Assembly: GCA_965198225.1 (NCBI GenBank)
Contig: CBDAOY010000009.1
Span: forward strand, 1,088,001-1,152,000
Origin: Terriglobia bacterium
GTDB lineage: Bacteria; Acidobacteriota; Terriglobia; 20CM-2-55-15
Length of the DNA stretch: 64,000 nt
Reading direction: 5' to 3'
The notes under the pieces were generated by a model that was not told the DNA's origin, did no database searches, and was given only the letters and a program-made list of their open reading frames with translations. This document shows, piece by piece, positions 40,375 to 50,572 of the stretch (positions are counted from its first letter, which is position 1; each line of letters begins with the position of its first letter). Position numbers and translations under genes: made by a program.

Positions 40375-41938
40375 ATGCGTATCAAGAAAGCGTGGCTGAA
40401 AGACCTTGGTGTGAGTGATGCGAGAGCCACCCGGTATCTCCCCGAGCTGCGATCGTCGTGTGAGGCGCACGGGATCGACACGCCACTGCGCGTGGCTCAC
40501 TTTCTATCGCAGGTCCTTCACGAGTCCGCACGCATGAGGGCTGTCGAAGAAAATCTGAATTACTCCGCCGATGCCCTCCTGAAGGTTTTCAAGAAGTACT
40601 TTCCTACGCGCTCAAGTGCGGAAGCTCTTGCGCGGAAGCCCAAGCGGATCGCGAGCCGGGTGTATGCGGGAAGAATGGGGAACGGAGACGAGGCTAGCGG
40701 GGAAGGCTATCGCTACCGCGGGCGAGGCCTGATCCAGCTCACGGGAAAAAGCAACTATAGAAAATTCTCCGATTGGATCGGACAGGACGTCGTCCCCGAG
40801 CCCGATCTGGTTGCCAGCAAGTTCGCGGTTCAGTCGGCCGTCTTTTACTGGACAAGGAACGCTATCAATGCTCTTGCCGATATCGACGACGTCAAGCGGG
40901 TGACGAAGAAAATCAACGGTGGCTTCAATGGCCTGGCCGACCGTGTCGAGTTGCTGGATCGCACAAAGGAGTTGCTGAAGGTAGATGCTGAACCGGTAGG
41001 GCTCGAAAGGGCGACCCACACTGTAAAGGCGACCAAGCTCAACCTGCGGAATCGGCCGGAGACTATTCCGGCGACCCGGATCGGATCTCTTGACCAGGGT
41101 GCCGAGGTCATGAAACTGGCCGATGCCAGGGTAGACGGATGGGTCAAGGTTCGCGCGGTATTGGGCGGACAGATCAGCGAGGGGTTCGTTGCCGAGAGAT
41201 TTCTGGAGCCCGCGCCGCCGGTTCCAGTTGTCAGCCCGCCGGCTCCCGTGGCCGACGTACGTATTGCCGGTCGCCCACATGGCCGAGAACCGTCCCGATA
41301 TCACACGCGTTCGCGACGGGGGACGGGCCTTTGCTTTGGGCGAGTCCGGGAGGCCCCGTCGCAGGGCCGTCAAGCCGGGAACCAAGGTGCGGCAACTTCT
41401 CGCTATTGCGACGTACCTTGACAGCGAGAATCCGAAACACAAGCGGTACTGGCCAAAAACCGGAACGACCTTCTGCAACATCTACGCGTACGATTATTGC
41501 TATCTCGCGGGCGCCTACCTGCCGCGGGTCTGGTGGAAGGAATCGGCTTTGCGTCAGATTCGCGATGGCGCCGATGTCGCAGTCCGATACGGGAAGACCG
41601 TTCGTGAGTTGAACGCCAACATGCTTCACGACTGGATCGAGGACTACGGACGGGCCTACGGATGGAGACGCGTGCTCGATCTCGACGTCCTGCAGGCGGC
41701 GGCAAACAAGGGAGAGGTCTGTATTATCGTCGCCAAGCGCAGCGATGTGAACAGGTCGGGCCACATCGTGGCAGTAGTCCCCGAGCACAATGGGTTCGAA
41801 GCGTCCCGCAAAGCGTCGGGAGAGTTACTACGTCCGGTCCAGTCCCAGGCTGGTATCAAGAACCATCGCTTCTTCGTTGGAAGGCCGTGGTGGCGTCATG
41901 ACAAGTTCCAGGCTTTCAGTTTCTGGCGCCACGCTTAG
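40375..41938 (+). pseudogene. GH19 lysozyme/chitinase + SH3 + CHAP-like hydrolase, split by a 4-bp duplication at 41255-41262
   Basis: AHFLSQVLHES, YRGRGLIQLTG and INGGFNGLADR; SH3 LNLRNRP..GWVKV; second frame TFCNIY..GHIVAV..QAG. Removing one ACGT joins the two frames. Confidence 0.8.
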
Positions 41939-41992
41939 CCCCATGTCCGTATCCCGATAACCAGCCAAATCGGGACAGATGTGTGCCTGTCT

Positions 41993-44887
41993 CTATTTGG
42001 CCTCACTCCATGGTTCCAGACCCAGGCGGTCGAAGAAAGCAGCGAAGAGATCCATTTCTTCGGGCGTTGCGCGGACCTGCAGGGCGACACCCGGCTCCTG
42101 CAGCCGGAGCGAGCGGACCATACGGTCCAACAGGTCCATCTTGCGGTATTCCGGTCGGACGCCGTAACTGAGCAGGACCCGGATGAGCTCCCGTCGGTCG
42201 AGCGCGACATATCCGACCACGATAGGGTGCCGCGTGGCCGATACGCCGATTCCCGCGATCCAGACTTCGGTTCCCCGGTCCTCTTCACGTACTCGAGACC
42301 ATGTCGGCCGGAGGTCCGCTGGGAGCCGGGAGGCGGCGACCTCGGGCGACGCCGTCGTCCAGTGGACCTCCAGGATCAAGCCGAGGCTGTCCTCACAGTA
42401 ATGTTGAAAACTCGGGCTGTGAGTCCCGATCAGGATGGGCCAGTTTCGCCGGAACGACGGCGCAGAGGCCCAGCGACTGAACAGGTTCATCCAACCCCGG
42501 TTGAAGGGATGTTCGCGGTTGTGACCCCTGTCGAGTCTCAATGCGATGAACACGTTTTCCATGAAGTTGAGCTGCTGGCCGCACAGGTGGAAGACACGAT
42601 CCGTGTCGGACGAACCCGTCGAGGCGGCATCGACCTCCTTCTCCGGGTAGATCTGGTGGCAATAACCCGCCACACTCGGGTCGTCGAATTCTCTTTCCAG
42701 TCGGCTGAGCTCTTCCTGGAGGCGTACGAAGACGTCTTCGAGAGGCCCGCGCGGACGTAGTGGCGGACGAAGCGCGGTGAACCACGCCGCTATACTTTCC
42801 GGATCCTGCTCATCGAGATAGTTGGACGGGTTGCGCAACTCGCACAAGTCCCGGGCGACCTTGTACCCGAGCGCCCTGTAACACTCGAATTGCGCCTCAT
42901 CGAAGAACTGGTCCGCGGTCGACTGGTGCGGAAACGACGGGTGCGCCCGGCGGTAGGTCTTGATGTACTCGTTCTCATTGCCGGTGAGCGATGCCTTGAT
43001 GTAGAGCAGGTACCCCACTTCGTCTTCGGAATACCGGATCTTTCCGAGCGCCCAGGACATCCGGCTCAGACCATCGTCGTCTTTGGCCAGGTCGCTCAGG
43101 TCGATCTCGATGTCGAACCCCCAGTCGATCCGGGCAAACCGGATCGCGCGGGCAAGAGAGTGGAACCGGTGGTTCGGGTCGGCTTCGGCATCGCAGGCGA
43201 CGATGAACTTGCAACGCCGCTCGAGCAGCCCGTACAGGCCCAGGTTCTCGACGTGTCCGCCGTCGGACACGTTCACGTAGCTGCGACTCGCGTTCGGGCC
43301 GCTCCACATCTCCCGGAGCAGGTACCTCGGACCCGGACCCGATTCGTAGCGCGGGTTCCACCAGGCGCCAGCTTCGCTGAGGTGACGCGGATTCGGGAGC
43401 CAGTAGCCCAGGCGAACGTTGAGCAACGTCATGATGAAGACCAGCGAGGGAATCGTCGTCATCCCCATGTTTGGGCTCGCCGCGGCGGCGGCAATCGCCA
43501 TCGCAGTACCGAGATTGACCTTCGAGTCGTGACGCTCGAGCACCTCGGTCGCGCAGTAACCCGTCCGGCGACTGCCGCAGAAGTACTTGGAGAATGTAAA
43601 AGGCTCGGAATTCCTTCCCCGCAGCGAAAGGTCGGAGCTCCCCTGAAGGTTCAACGTGGCGTTGACGAGGTGGTACGGGCCTTGTGACCCCAGTTTCGAC
43701 AGCTTTTGTTCGTCGTTCTGAGGAGGGTCTCCCTTGGAACTCGGCCACCACCGGAACAGGTACGCTTTGCTCAGGCGATCCCGATAGAACATCAGCATCG
43801 ATGTCGCGTTGGCATCGAAGCCGATGTAGTTCCACAGGAACAGCACCGCGGCGATCCACACCGCAAAGAAAACTCTCCCTGGATACTGAATCAAGTATCG
43901 CGCGATGTGGACGTACATCAGCAGCAGCACAAGCGGCCCGAGAAAACCCAGAACGTAGAGGGCAACCTTCCCGCCCAGAGTAGCGACCTGCTCGGCCGCC
44001 TTCCCGGCGCCCAACGTCGGCAGCAGGAGAGCCACAACGCCTCCGACGGCCTCCAGGTGCCCCCACTCGAGTCTGTCGTAGAGGACCACTAACGCTGGCA
44101 GGGATACGAAGGCGGCAACGCCACCCACCGCGGCAAGAGCGTAGGCCCAGAACCGCTGGGTGGCGTCCCGCTGAATCCAGCCTTCCGCACGGACGGATAC
44201 GGTAGCGACGGCGGCCAGGGCAAAGGCGGCGAGTGCCCCCGCCGGTGCCCACTTCAGCCAGACGGGCCAGGCGGACAGAGAAGCGATATCGGGACCTGCC
44301 AGCGCCATAATTACCGCAGCCAGGATCACAGCGGGGAGCACTACCGAGAGGTTCACGATAACCCCCCGGAGCAGCAGTGCGGGTATACGCAAGTTGTCCC
44401 AAACGCCTTTGGGCGCGAGATAGTTCGAGAAGTTGCGCAACTGACGAATCGCGGCCGACTCTTCCTGCCCCTGGACGTGTGCGAAGGGGAAGTTCGGTCC
44501 CCAGTGGACGTCGGGCGGAGTCTCCCCGGAGCCATTGTCCGAGCTGCCGTTGACGATGGCGGACAGACTGCCTCCTACATAGCCCCCTCCCGAGACGGTG
44601 GAGAGGTAGTCCGCGTGGCGAAGGAGGCCGTACTGAGAAAGGGCCTGGAGCACACCCAGATTGAAGGTCGCCGACCGAATACCACCACCTGAAAAGGCGA
44701 GGCCAACCAGAGAATGGTTCGACGTTGGTTCGGGCGAGGAATCCGGCAACGGGAAACGGGTTCCGGTGTTCCCGTTGAACAGGGTTCTCCGACGCTGGCG
44801 AATATCCTGAAGTTCCTTCGCGTAGACCTGCGCGTGCGAGGAAGGAAAGCTCGAAGATGACGTCGGGTCGGCGTGCTCGTCGCTCAT
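41993..44887 (-). CDS. Membrane-embedded patatin/cPLA2-like phospholipase
   Basis: GLAFSGGGIRSA, YLSTVSGGGY and SDGGHVENLG; central TM bundle; FPHQSTADQFFDE. Confidence 0.9.
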   Translation of the reverse strand: MSDEHADPTSSSSFPSSHAQVYAKELQDIRQRRRTLFNGNTGTRFPLPDSSPEPTSNHSLVGLAFSGGGIRSATFNLGVLQALSQYGLLRHADYLSTVSGGGYVGGSLSAIVNGSSDNGSGETPPDVHWGPNFPFAHVQGQEESAAIRQLRNFSNYLAPKGVWDNLRIPALLLRGVIVNLSVVLPAVILAAVIMALAGPDIASLSAWPVWLKWAPAGALAAFALAAVATVSVRAEGWIQRDATQRFWAYALAAVGGVAAFVSLPALVVLYDRLEWGHLEAVGGVVALLLPTLGAGKAAEQVATLGGKVALYVLGFLGPLVLLLMYVHIARYLIQYPGRVFFAVWIAAVLFLWNYIGFDANATSMLMFYRDRLSKAYLFRWWPSSKGDPPQNDEQKLSKLGSQGPYHLVNATLNLQGSSDLSLRGRNSEPFTFSKYFCGSRRTGYCATEVLERHDSKVNLGTAMAIAAAAASPNMGMTTIPSLVFIMTLLNVRLGYWLPNPRHLSEAGAWWNPRYESGPGPRYLLREMWSGPNASRSYVNVSDGGHVENLGLYGLLERRCKFIVACDAEADPNHRFHSLARAIRFARIDWGFDIEIDLSDLAKDDDGLSRMSWALGKIRYSEDEVGYLLYIKASLTGNENEYIKTYRRAHPSFPHQSTADQFFDEAQFECYRALGYKVARDLCELRNPSNYLDEQDPESIAAWFTALRPPLRPRGPLEDVFVRLQEELSRLEREFDDPSVAGYCHQIYPEKEVDAASTGSSDTDRVFHLCGQQLNFMENVFIALRLDRGHNREHPFNRGWMNLFSRWASAPSFRRNWPILIGTHSPSFQHYCEDSLGLILEVHWTTASPEVAASRLPADLRPTWSRVREEDRGTEVWIAGIGVSATRHPIVVGYVALDRRELIRVLLSYGVRPEYRKMDLLDRMVRSLRLQEPGVALQVRATPEEMDLFAAFFDRLGLEPWSEAK

Positions 44888-45224
44888 GGCGTGCTCCACG
44901 ATGCGGGCCCGACGTCCTGTTCGAACCAAATCTTGTTGAAAACGAGATCTATCCTACACCAATCGGTTACTGCTAGCCGTTTCCGAACTAGAGTCGGTTC
45001 CTACTCGGGACCCTTAAGCGAACTAAGAAGCCCTCGCGCTTGCGATTCGGCTCATGAGGGCCCCGTCGACTGTCCAGTCCGAATGCTGCTCCTCGAGCTG
45101 GTCATTGTATTCTCGCGTTATTGATCCCATCCTGAGCTATTCGACATATCTTGGCAGCGATGTCGGAGATGAAGGCTGAAATCCCATGTGGGGGCGCTTC
45201 GAGCGCCCCCGCGATGCCAGGGGT

Positions 45225-47515
45225 TCAGGGGTTGGGAACGGCGATTAGTTTTTGAGTATTGGAGCCGCCGGCCGGGAACTTCATGCCGTCGATGTGAATG
45301 AGCTTCTGCGGCGTGCTGTTGAAGTCGCCCCATACCCAGAGCGTGCCGTCCTTGTCGGCCGCCATCCGCCCGTACGCGCCGGATCCGATCGAGACTATCG
45401 GCGGCAGACCGTTCACCCGGACCGGGACGCTGCTGTCGAGGCAGTTGACAAAGACCTGGCAGCCATCGCCGAGTTGACCGTAGCCGTTGTAGCCCCACGC
45501 CCACACCGTGCCATCCGACGTGAGCGCCATGCTGCCCGTTGCTGCGGCAGCCACCTCGACGACGTCGATTAGCCCCAGCACCGGGGCGGGTTCGAAAGCG
45601 CTCGGACAGTTGGCGCTGAGATCGCAGCCATCCCCCAGCTGGCCGTTGCTGTTGTAGCCCCACGCCCAGACGGTTCCGTCATCCTTGACCGCGAGGACGT
45701 GGGCGTCGCCGCCGGCAAAATTGATGACCTCCTTCATGTTTGTCTGTTGCGGGGTCTTGTAAAGAGCGGGTGGGCTGCCGTTACCGAGCTGACCGGAGTA
45801 GTTGCTGCCCCACCCCCAAAGGGTGCCGTCGCTGGTCTGGGCCAGGCTGTACTCGGAGCCGGCGCCGAGCGCGACAACATCGCTGATCTCGACCAGGATT
45901 GGCAGATTCCTGTCGATGGTGGTGTTGTCACCGAGCTGACCGTAAAAGTTCTCGCCCCAGGCGTAGACGAGCCTCTGAGTCCCCTGGGTCGTCAGGGCCA
46001 GACTGTGAAACGGCCCTGCAGCAACCGCCAGGGCATTGCCTAGGAAGCCCTTACCGAGGCGTACCTGGACCGGAAACGGACTGGCGGGGTTCTGGTCGAA
46101 GGTGCTCCCGCCGTCGCCCAGCTGGCCCTTGGTATTGAATCCCCATGCCCAGACCCGCCCGGTTGGCGCAACCGCCAGGTTGAACTGGTTGCCGGCCGCC
46201 ATGCTCACGATCCAGGTGGGACCGTCCACCGGCCCCGGCGTGTCCCGACCGTGGAATGTTCCGTCGCCGATCCCGCCCGGTCCCCACGTCCACATCGTCC
46301 ACGGTACTTTCGAAAAGAGGCTGTACCCAGCCCCGGCGGCAACTGTTGTCACTCCCTCCAGGCCCTGAACCTCAAGGGGTTCGCGGTGAATCCACGGAAA
46401 CAGCGTCGGCATGCCGAACTGCCCCTGGGCGTTGCTGCCCCACGCCCAGATCGTGCCTTCGGTCTGAGTCGCCAGGCTGTGGTTGGCGCCCGCGCTGATC
46501 CTGGCGACGTCGGTGAGGGGGACCTGGCCGGGGTTCGGCTCGTTGTTGGGGGCGGTCGTCCGTCCGAGCTGGCCCTGGACATTGCGGCCCCATGACCATG
46601 CCGTACCATCCGACTTGAGTGCCTGCTGTGGTCCCGTCCCGCCGCGAGGCTGACGACCTTCTGAGGTAGCGGCCCCAGAGAGACTGGCACCGGGGTGTTC
46701 TTGTCGCCGAAGCTCCCATTGCCGAGTTGTCCACGCTTGTTGCGGCCCCAGGCAAAGACGTTGCCATCCGCATCGCGCGCCAGGCTGTGCCAGCCCCCGG
46801 CAGCGATTCCCGTTATCGCGCTCACGCCTTGCACCAGGAAGGGCACGGATTTCTGGATCCAGGTGCCGTCTCCGAGCTGGCCGAACTTGTTGTTTCCCCA
46901 GGCGAAGAGGGCGCCGCTCGCGTGGGCGGCCAGGCTGTGGCTGCCGCCGGCCGCGATTGCCCGGACTCCCTGGAGAAGGGTCCAGAAGTACTTGACGTAC
47001 TGCGGTCGGCTCCGGGACGTTATCGTGAAGTCTCCGAGCTGACCGGACGAGTTGTCCCCCCACGCCAGGACGTAGCCCGTGGATGTCAGGGCCATGCTGT
47101 GTTTGTCACCGGCCGCGACAGCGATCACATCGCTCAAAGGCTGGCCGTATCGGGTCACCGGCGCGGGAACGTAGCCGTTGTAACAATAAGAGTTCTGCTC
47201 CAGGCACTCGTCGCCGAGCTGGCCCTTGTCGTTCCTACCCCATGCGTAGACGGTTCCGTTCTTCATCAAGGCCAGGCTGTGACCGCCACCGGTCGTGATG
47301 GCCGCAACCTCGGTCAGATTGAGCACCTGCACCGGCACGGTGCTGTCCTGGTTGGACCCGTTGCCGAGCTGGCCCGAACCGTTTTCTCCGGAAGCCACGA
47401 CCGTACCGGGCACCTGGGCGATCCCCGGCCCGGCGGCGAACATAACCAGCAACGAGCATCCGATCAGGCAGCGGGCCTCAAATACCGTTGAAACTCTTTT
47501 CCACATCTTTGTCAT
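45225..47515 (-). pseudogene. Exported RCC1/BLIP-II repeat protein with a 1-bp frameshift near 46624
   Basis: AAGGAGG SD; signal peptide; many AAGxxHSLAL..GxVWAWGxNxxGQLG repeats; the frame switches at AAGRDHS/ALKSDG. Confidence 0.85.
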
Positions 47516-47618
47516 CCTTCCTCCTTGATCTGTCACCATCCTAGGAAGGGGTCGCGAGGGCGAACATCGCATGTTCATGCGGTTTTTTCGACTCCGGCCC
47601 GAATTTTTCGGGACAAAT

Positions 47619-47901
47619 CCCTTGTCTTACCCGCGGTGCACCGGGAGCGAGAAACCGATTGTTCAAGGGTGTGCGGCCTCCAGAGGAATGGAGCGATGAA
47701 CTCAGGGAGAGAATGTGGCGTGCCGGGGGGATCGGGATGGGAATTACAGAGGTCAAGACCGGAAGGGCTGTCCCGCGTATGTCGGCGGCGCGTCCGATTG
47801 GAAACGGCGAATCCTCAAGGCCATGAAGACCATTCAGGAAACGACGGGTAACACGGACTGGGGGTGTGGAGCCGGGTCCAGTAGCCCTTGTCTTACCCGC
47901 G
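47619..47901. repeat. 17-bp exact direct repeat pair
   Basis: cccttgtcttacccgcg at 47619-47635 and at 47885-47901. Confidence 0.85.
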
Positions 47902-48271
47902 TGTCGTTCGCCTGAAAAGGCCGCGGCTGCAGGCAGACCTTACCTATTGCGTCCGGGATCGGTGAATCTTGACATTTCCATGGAGGCACAAGAGAATTCA
48001 CCTACCTCACGCCCTATCAGACCCGAACAATGACCTGCTTACAGGCGGTCGAGGAGAAAACCAATTTCTATTTCGGTTTTTTCGTGCTTCCTACTGAGGC
48101 TTTGCTCCGGGTGGCGGGGCCGGTAGGCGGCGGTGGGGACCATGCCCCCGAGACGAAAACACGCGCCCGGCCACTCTCAAGAAGCGGCTCCACAAGACTT
48201 CGATGCATTGATCGGTCCCAGAGTCCGGCGGGCAGCGATAATCGAAGTGCTCCTTTGCCGCGATTCCGCGA

Positions 48272-49309
48272 CTATCTACCCCTCGGCTCTTCATCCGGCA
48301 ACGTACCGGTCGGATCTTCCAAATGGAGCCGGCTCAAGACGGCTTTCTGGACGTGGAGGCGGTTTTCTGCGTTCTCGAGGACGGCTGAGCGGGGACCGTC
48401 GAGGACGGCGTCGGTCACGACGAGGTTGCGGCGCACCGGAAGGCAATGCATGAAGTGGGCGTTCGCGGTTTGGTTCATAAGGGCCTCGTCGACGATCCAA
48501 TCCGAATGCCGCCCGCGCAGGTTCCGTTCTTCTTCCGGGGCGTCGTATCGGGACAGTGCCCCCCAGGACTTGGCGTACACGATGGCGGCACCTCGCGCGG
48601 CACTCTCCTGGTCGTTCGAGATTCGAACGGTCCCGTTCGCCCGGCGGGCGAGCTCCTGTGCCCGGTCGATCACCATGTCGGTCAGCTCGAAACCGCGTGG
48701 GTGTGCCAGCGTCACCTCCATCCCCATGCTTGCGGTGGCCAGCAGCAACGAGTTGGTCACGGCCATCGGCAGCGGCCTTGGGTGTGGGGCCCACGTGATC
48801 GTGATCCGTCGTCCGGCGTGCCCACCCAGTAGCTCCTGGATCGTCAGCAGATCGGCCAGCGCCTGGCATGGGTGGTACATGGCGGATTCCATGTTGAACA
48901 CCGGCACGCGGGCGTGTCTCATGAAAGCAGTGAAGAGAGTGTCGCCGATGTCATCGTCGAAAGAGGCCCCGCGCGCCAGCGTACGTAGACCGATGCCACT
49001 GTAGAACCGAGACAGGACACCGACGGCTTCTTTGACGTGTTCGGCTTCGTCCCCGTCCATTCGCGTCCCGTCGCGGGTCTCCAGGCCGTAGATCATCCCC
49101 GGCTCCAGCGTTGTCACACCGGCCCCCATCTGGCGCAAGGCCACCTCGAAGGAGCAGCGGGTCCGCAGGGACGGGTTCTGGAACCACAGGACGAACTGCC
49201 GGCCCTCAAGTTCGTCGGACACGGGTTGGCGTTTGTACCGCGCCGCAGCGGCGAGAAGCTCGCGAGTTTCTTCGATCCCGATGTCGGCCAGGTTGTAGAA
49301 ATGCCGCAT
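48272..49309 (-). CDS. argF': N-acyl-ornithine carbamoyltransferase (ArgF', AOTCase/SOTCase family)
   Basis: NPSLRTRCSF, MDGDEAEH, HPCQALAD, TWAPHPRPLP and HCLPVRRN. Confidence 0.92.
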   Translation of the reverse strand: MRHFYNLADIGIEETRELLAAAARYKRQPVSDELEGRQFVLWFQNPSLRTRCSFEVALRQMGAGVTTLEPGMIYGLETRDGTRMDGDEAEHVKEAVGVLSRFYSGIGLRTLARGASFDDDIGDTLFTAFMRHARVPVFNMESAMYHPCQALADLLTIQELLGGHAGRRITITWAPHPRPLPMAVTNSLLLATASMGMEVTLAHPRGFELTDMVIDRAQELARRANGTVRISNDQESAARGAAIVYAKSWGALSRYDAPEEERNLRGRHSDWIVDEALMNQTANAHFMHCLPVRRNLVVTDAVLDGPRSAVLENAENRLHVQKAVLSRLHLEDPTGTLPDEEPRGR

Positions 49310-49344
49310 CGTCGATTCGTGGGCCCTGTTGCGTGCGATGGCCT

Positions 49345-50541
49345 TCATCTCAGAACACGCCGGAAGGTTTCGAGAAAAGCGTCCCATTCATCCGCCCCAA
49401 GGGTCAGCGGCGGCAACAGCCGGATGGTATTGGGCTCGGCGCAGGTGCCGACCAGCACCCCTTCCTGGAGCAAACGAGCCTGCAGCTCTTTGGCGTCCGT
49501 TCGGCACTCGACGCCGAGCAGGTAACCCAGACCGCGCACCTCCGAGACTCCGCCGACCAGGCTTTCCAGGACAGACCGCGCCTGGGCTGAGCACCTCACG
49601 ACCTGATCGATGAGGCCTTCTTCTTCGATGATGCGGTAAGTTGCGCGTATCGCCGCGGCGGCCAGTGGATTGCCCCCGAACGTCGTTGCGTGATCCCCGG
49701 GTTCGACCGTTGCCGCGAATGCCTCGTTGACGATCACGGCTCCCGCGGGAAAGCCGCCGGCCACTCCCTTCGCGGTCGTCACGATGTCGGGCTCGACCCC
49801 CCAGTGCGAGCCGGCGAACCACTTTCCGGTCCGTCCGTTGCCCGTCTGGACTTCGTCGAAGATCAGGCAGATGCCCTGGCGGGTGCAATAGTCCCGCAGA
49901 CCGCGGTAGTAGTTCGCATCGGCTGCGTAGACGCCGGCGACGCTCTGGATGGGTTCGACGATCACCGCCGCGACGCGCTCGGGATCCGGCAATTCGAACA
50001 CCGCGGGGTCGCCCATCTTGAAAAAGCGCGTCCAACCGTCCAGATTCTGTGGGAACTTATCCCGCAGCACCGGGAACCCGGAGACGCTCAGGGTGCCGAT
50101 CGTCCGACCGTGGAAGCCGCCGGACATGGAGACCACATCGCTCCTGCCGGTCGCCTTTCGAGCGATCTTTAACGCCGTTTCGCCGGCCTCGGATCCGGAG
50201 CCGCAGAAGAAGGCCGCTCGCATGCCCGGGTAGCTGTTCTCGACCAGCAGCGCGGCGGCCTCGCCGCGGACCGACGAGTAGACGGCGTTCGAGTAGAAGA
50301 CCAGTTCCCCGATCTGCTGCCGCATCTCTTCCACCCAGCGTGGATGACAGTGGCCGATCGAGCACACGGCGTGTCCCGCATAGAGGTCCAGGTACGCGTT
50401 ACCCTCGTCGTCGTAGACATAGCTGCCCTTACCACGGACGATCGACAGGGGTAGACGTATGTTCCGGTAGGTCGGCAGCGTGTAAGTGTCTTCGACCTCG
50501 CGTGACGTCCGACCTTCGATGTTGGAAGCGGATCCTGTCAT
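49345..50541 (-). CDS. argD: Acetyl/succinyl-ornithine aminotransferase
   Basis: SGSEAGETALK, FHGRT, FDEVQTG.GRTG and TTAKG. Confidence 0.92.
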   Translation of the reverse strand: MTGSASNIEGRTSREVEDTYTLPTYRNIRLPLSIVRGKGSYVYDDEGNAYLDLYAGHAVCSIGHCHPRWVEEMRQQIGELVFYSNAVYSSVRGEAAALLVENSYPGMRAAFFCGSGSEAGETALKIARKATGRSDVVSMSGGFHGRTIGTLSVSGFPVLRDKFPQNLDGWTRFFKMGDPAVFELPDPERVAAVIVEPIQSVAGVYAADANYYRGLRDYCTRQGICLIFDEVQTGNGRTGKWFAGSHWGVEPDIVTTAKGVAGGFPAGAVIVNEAFAATVEPGDHATTFGGNPLAAAAIRATYRIIEEEGLIDQVVRCSAQARSVLESLVGGVSEVRGLGYLLGVECRTDAKELQARLLQEGVLVGTCAEPNTIRLLPPLTLGADEWDAFLETFRRVLR

Positions 50542-50572
50542 AGGCTTCAGCGTGCTCGGTCCGTGGCCTGGT

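Noticed and set aside
40375-41421. Prophage inferred from the GH19 lysin-like gene
   Set aside because: No holin, structural or integrase genes in the window
45225-47515. Recurrent ccgagctg(g/a)cc words resembling a CRISPR-like array
   Set aside because: They encode the GQLG motif of RCC1 repeats; no cas genes or spacer structure
47715-47915. 66-aa ORF in the RCC1-argF' intergenic region
   Set aside because: No recognisable motif and weak start; cannot be supported
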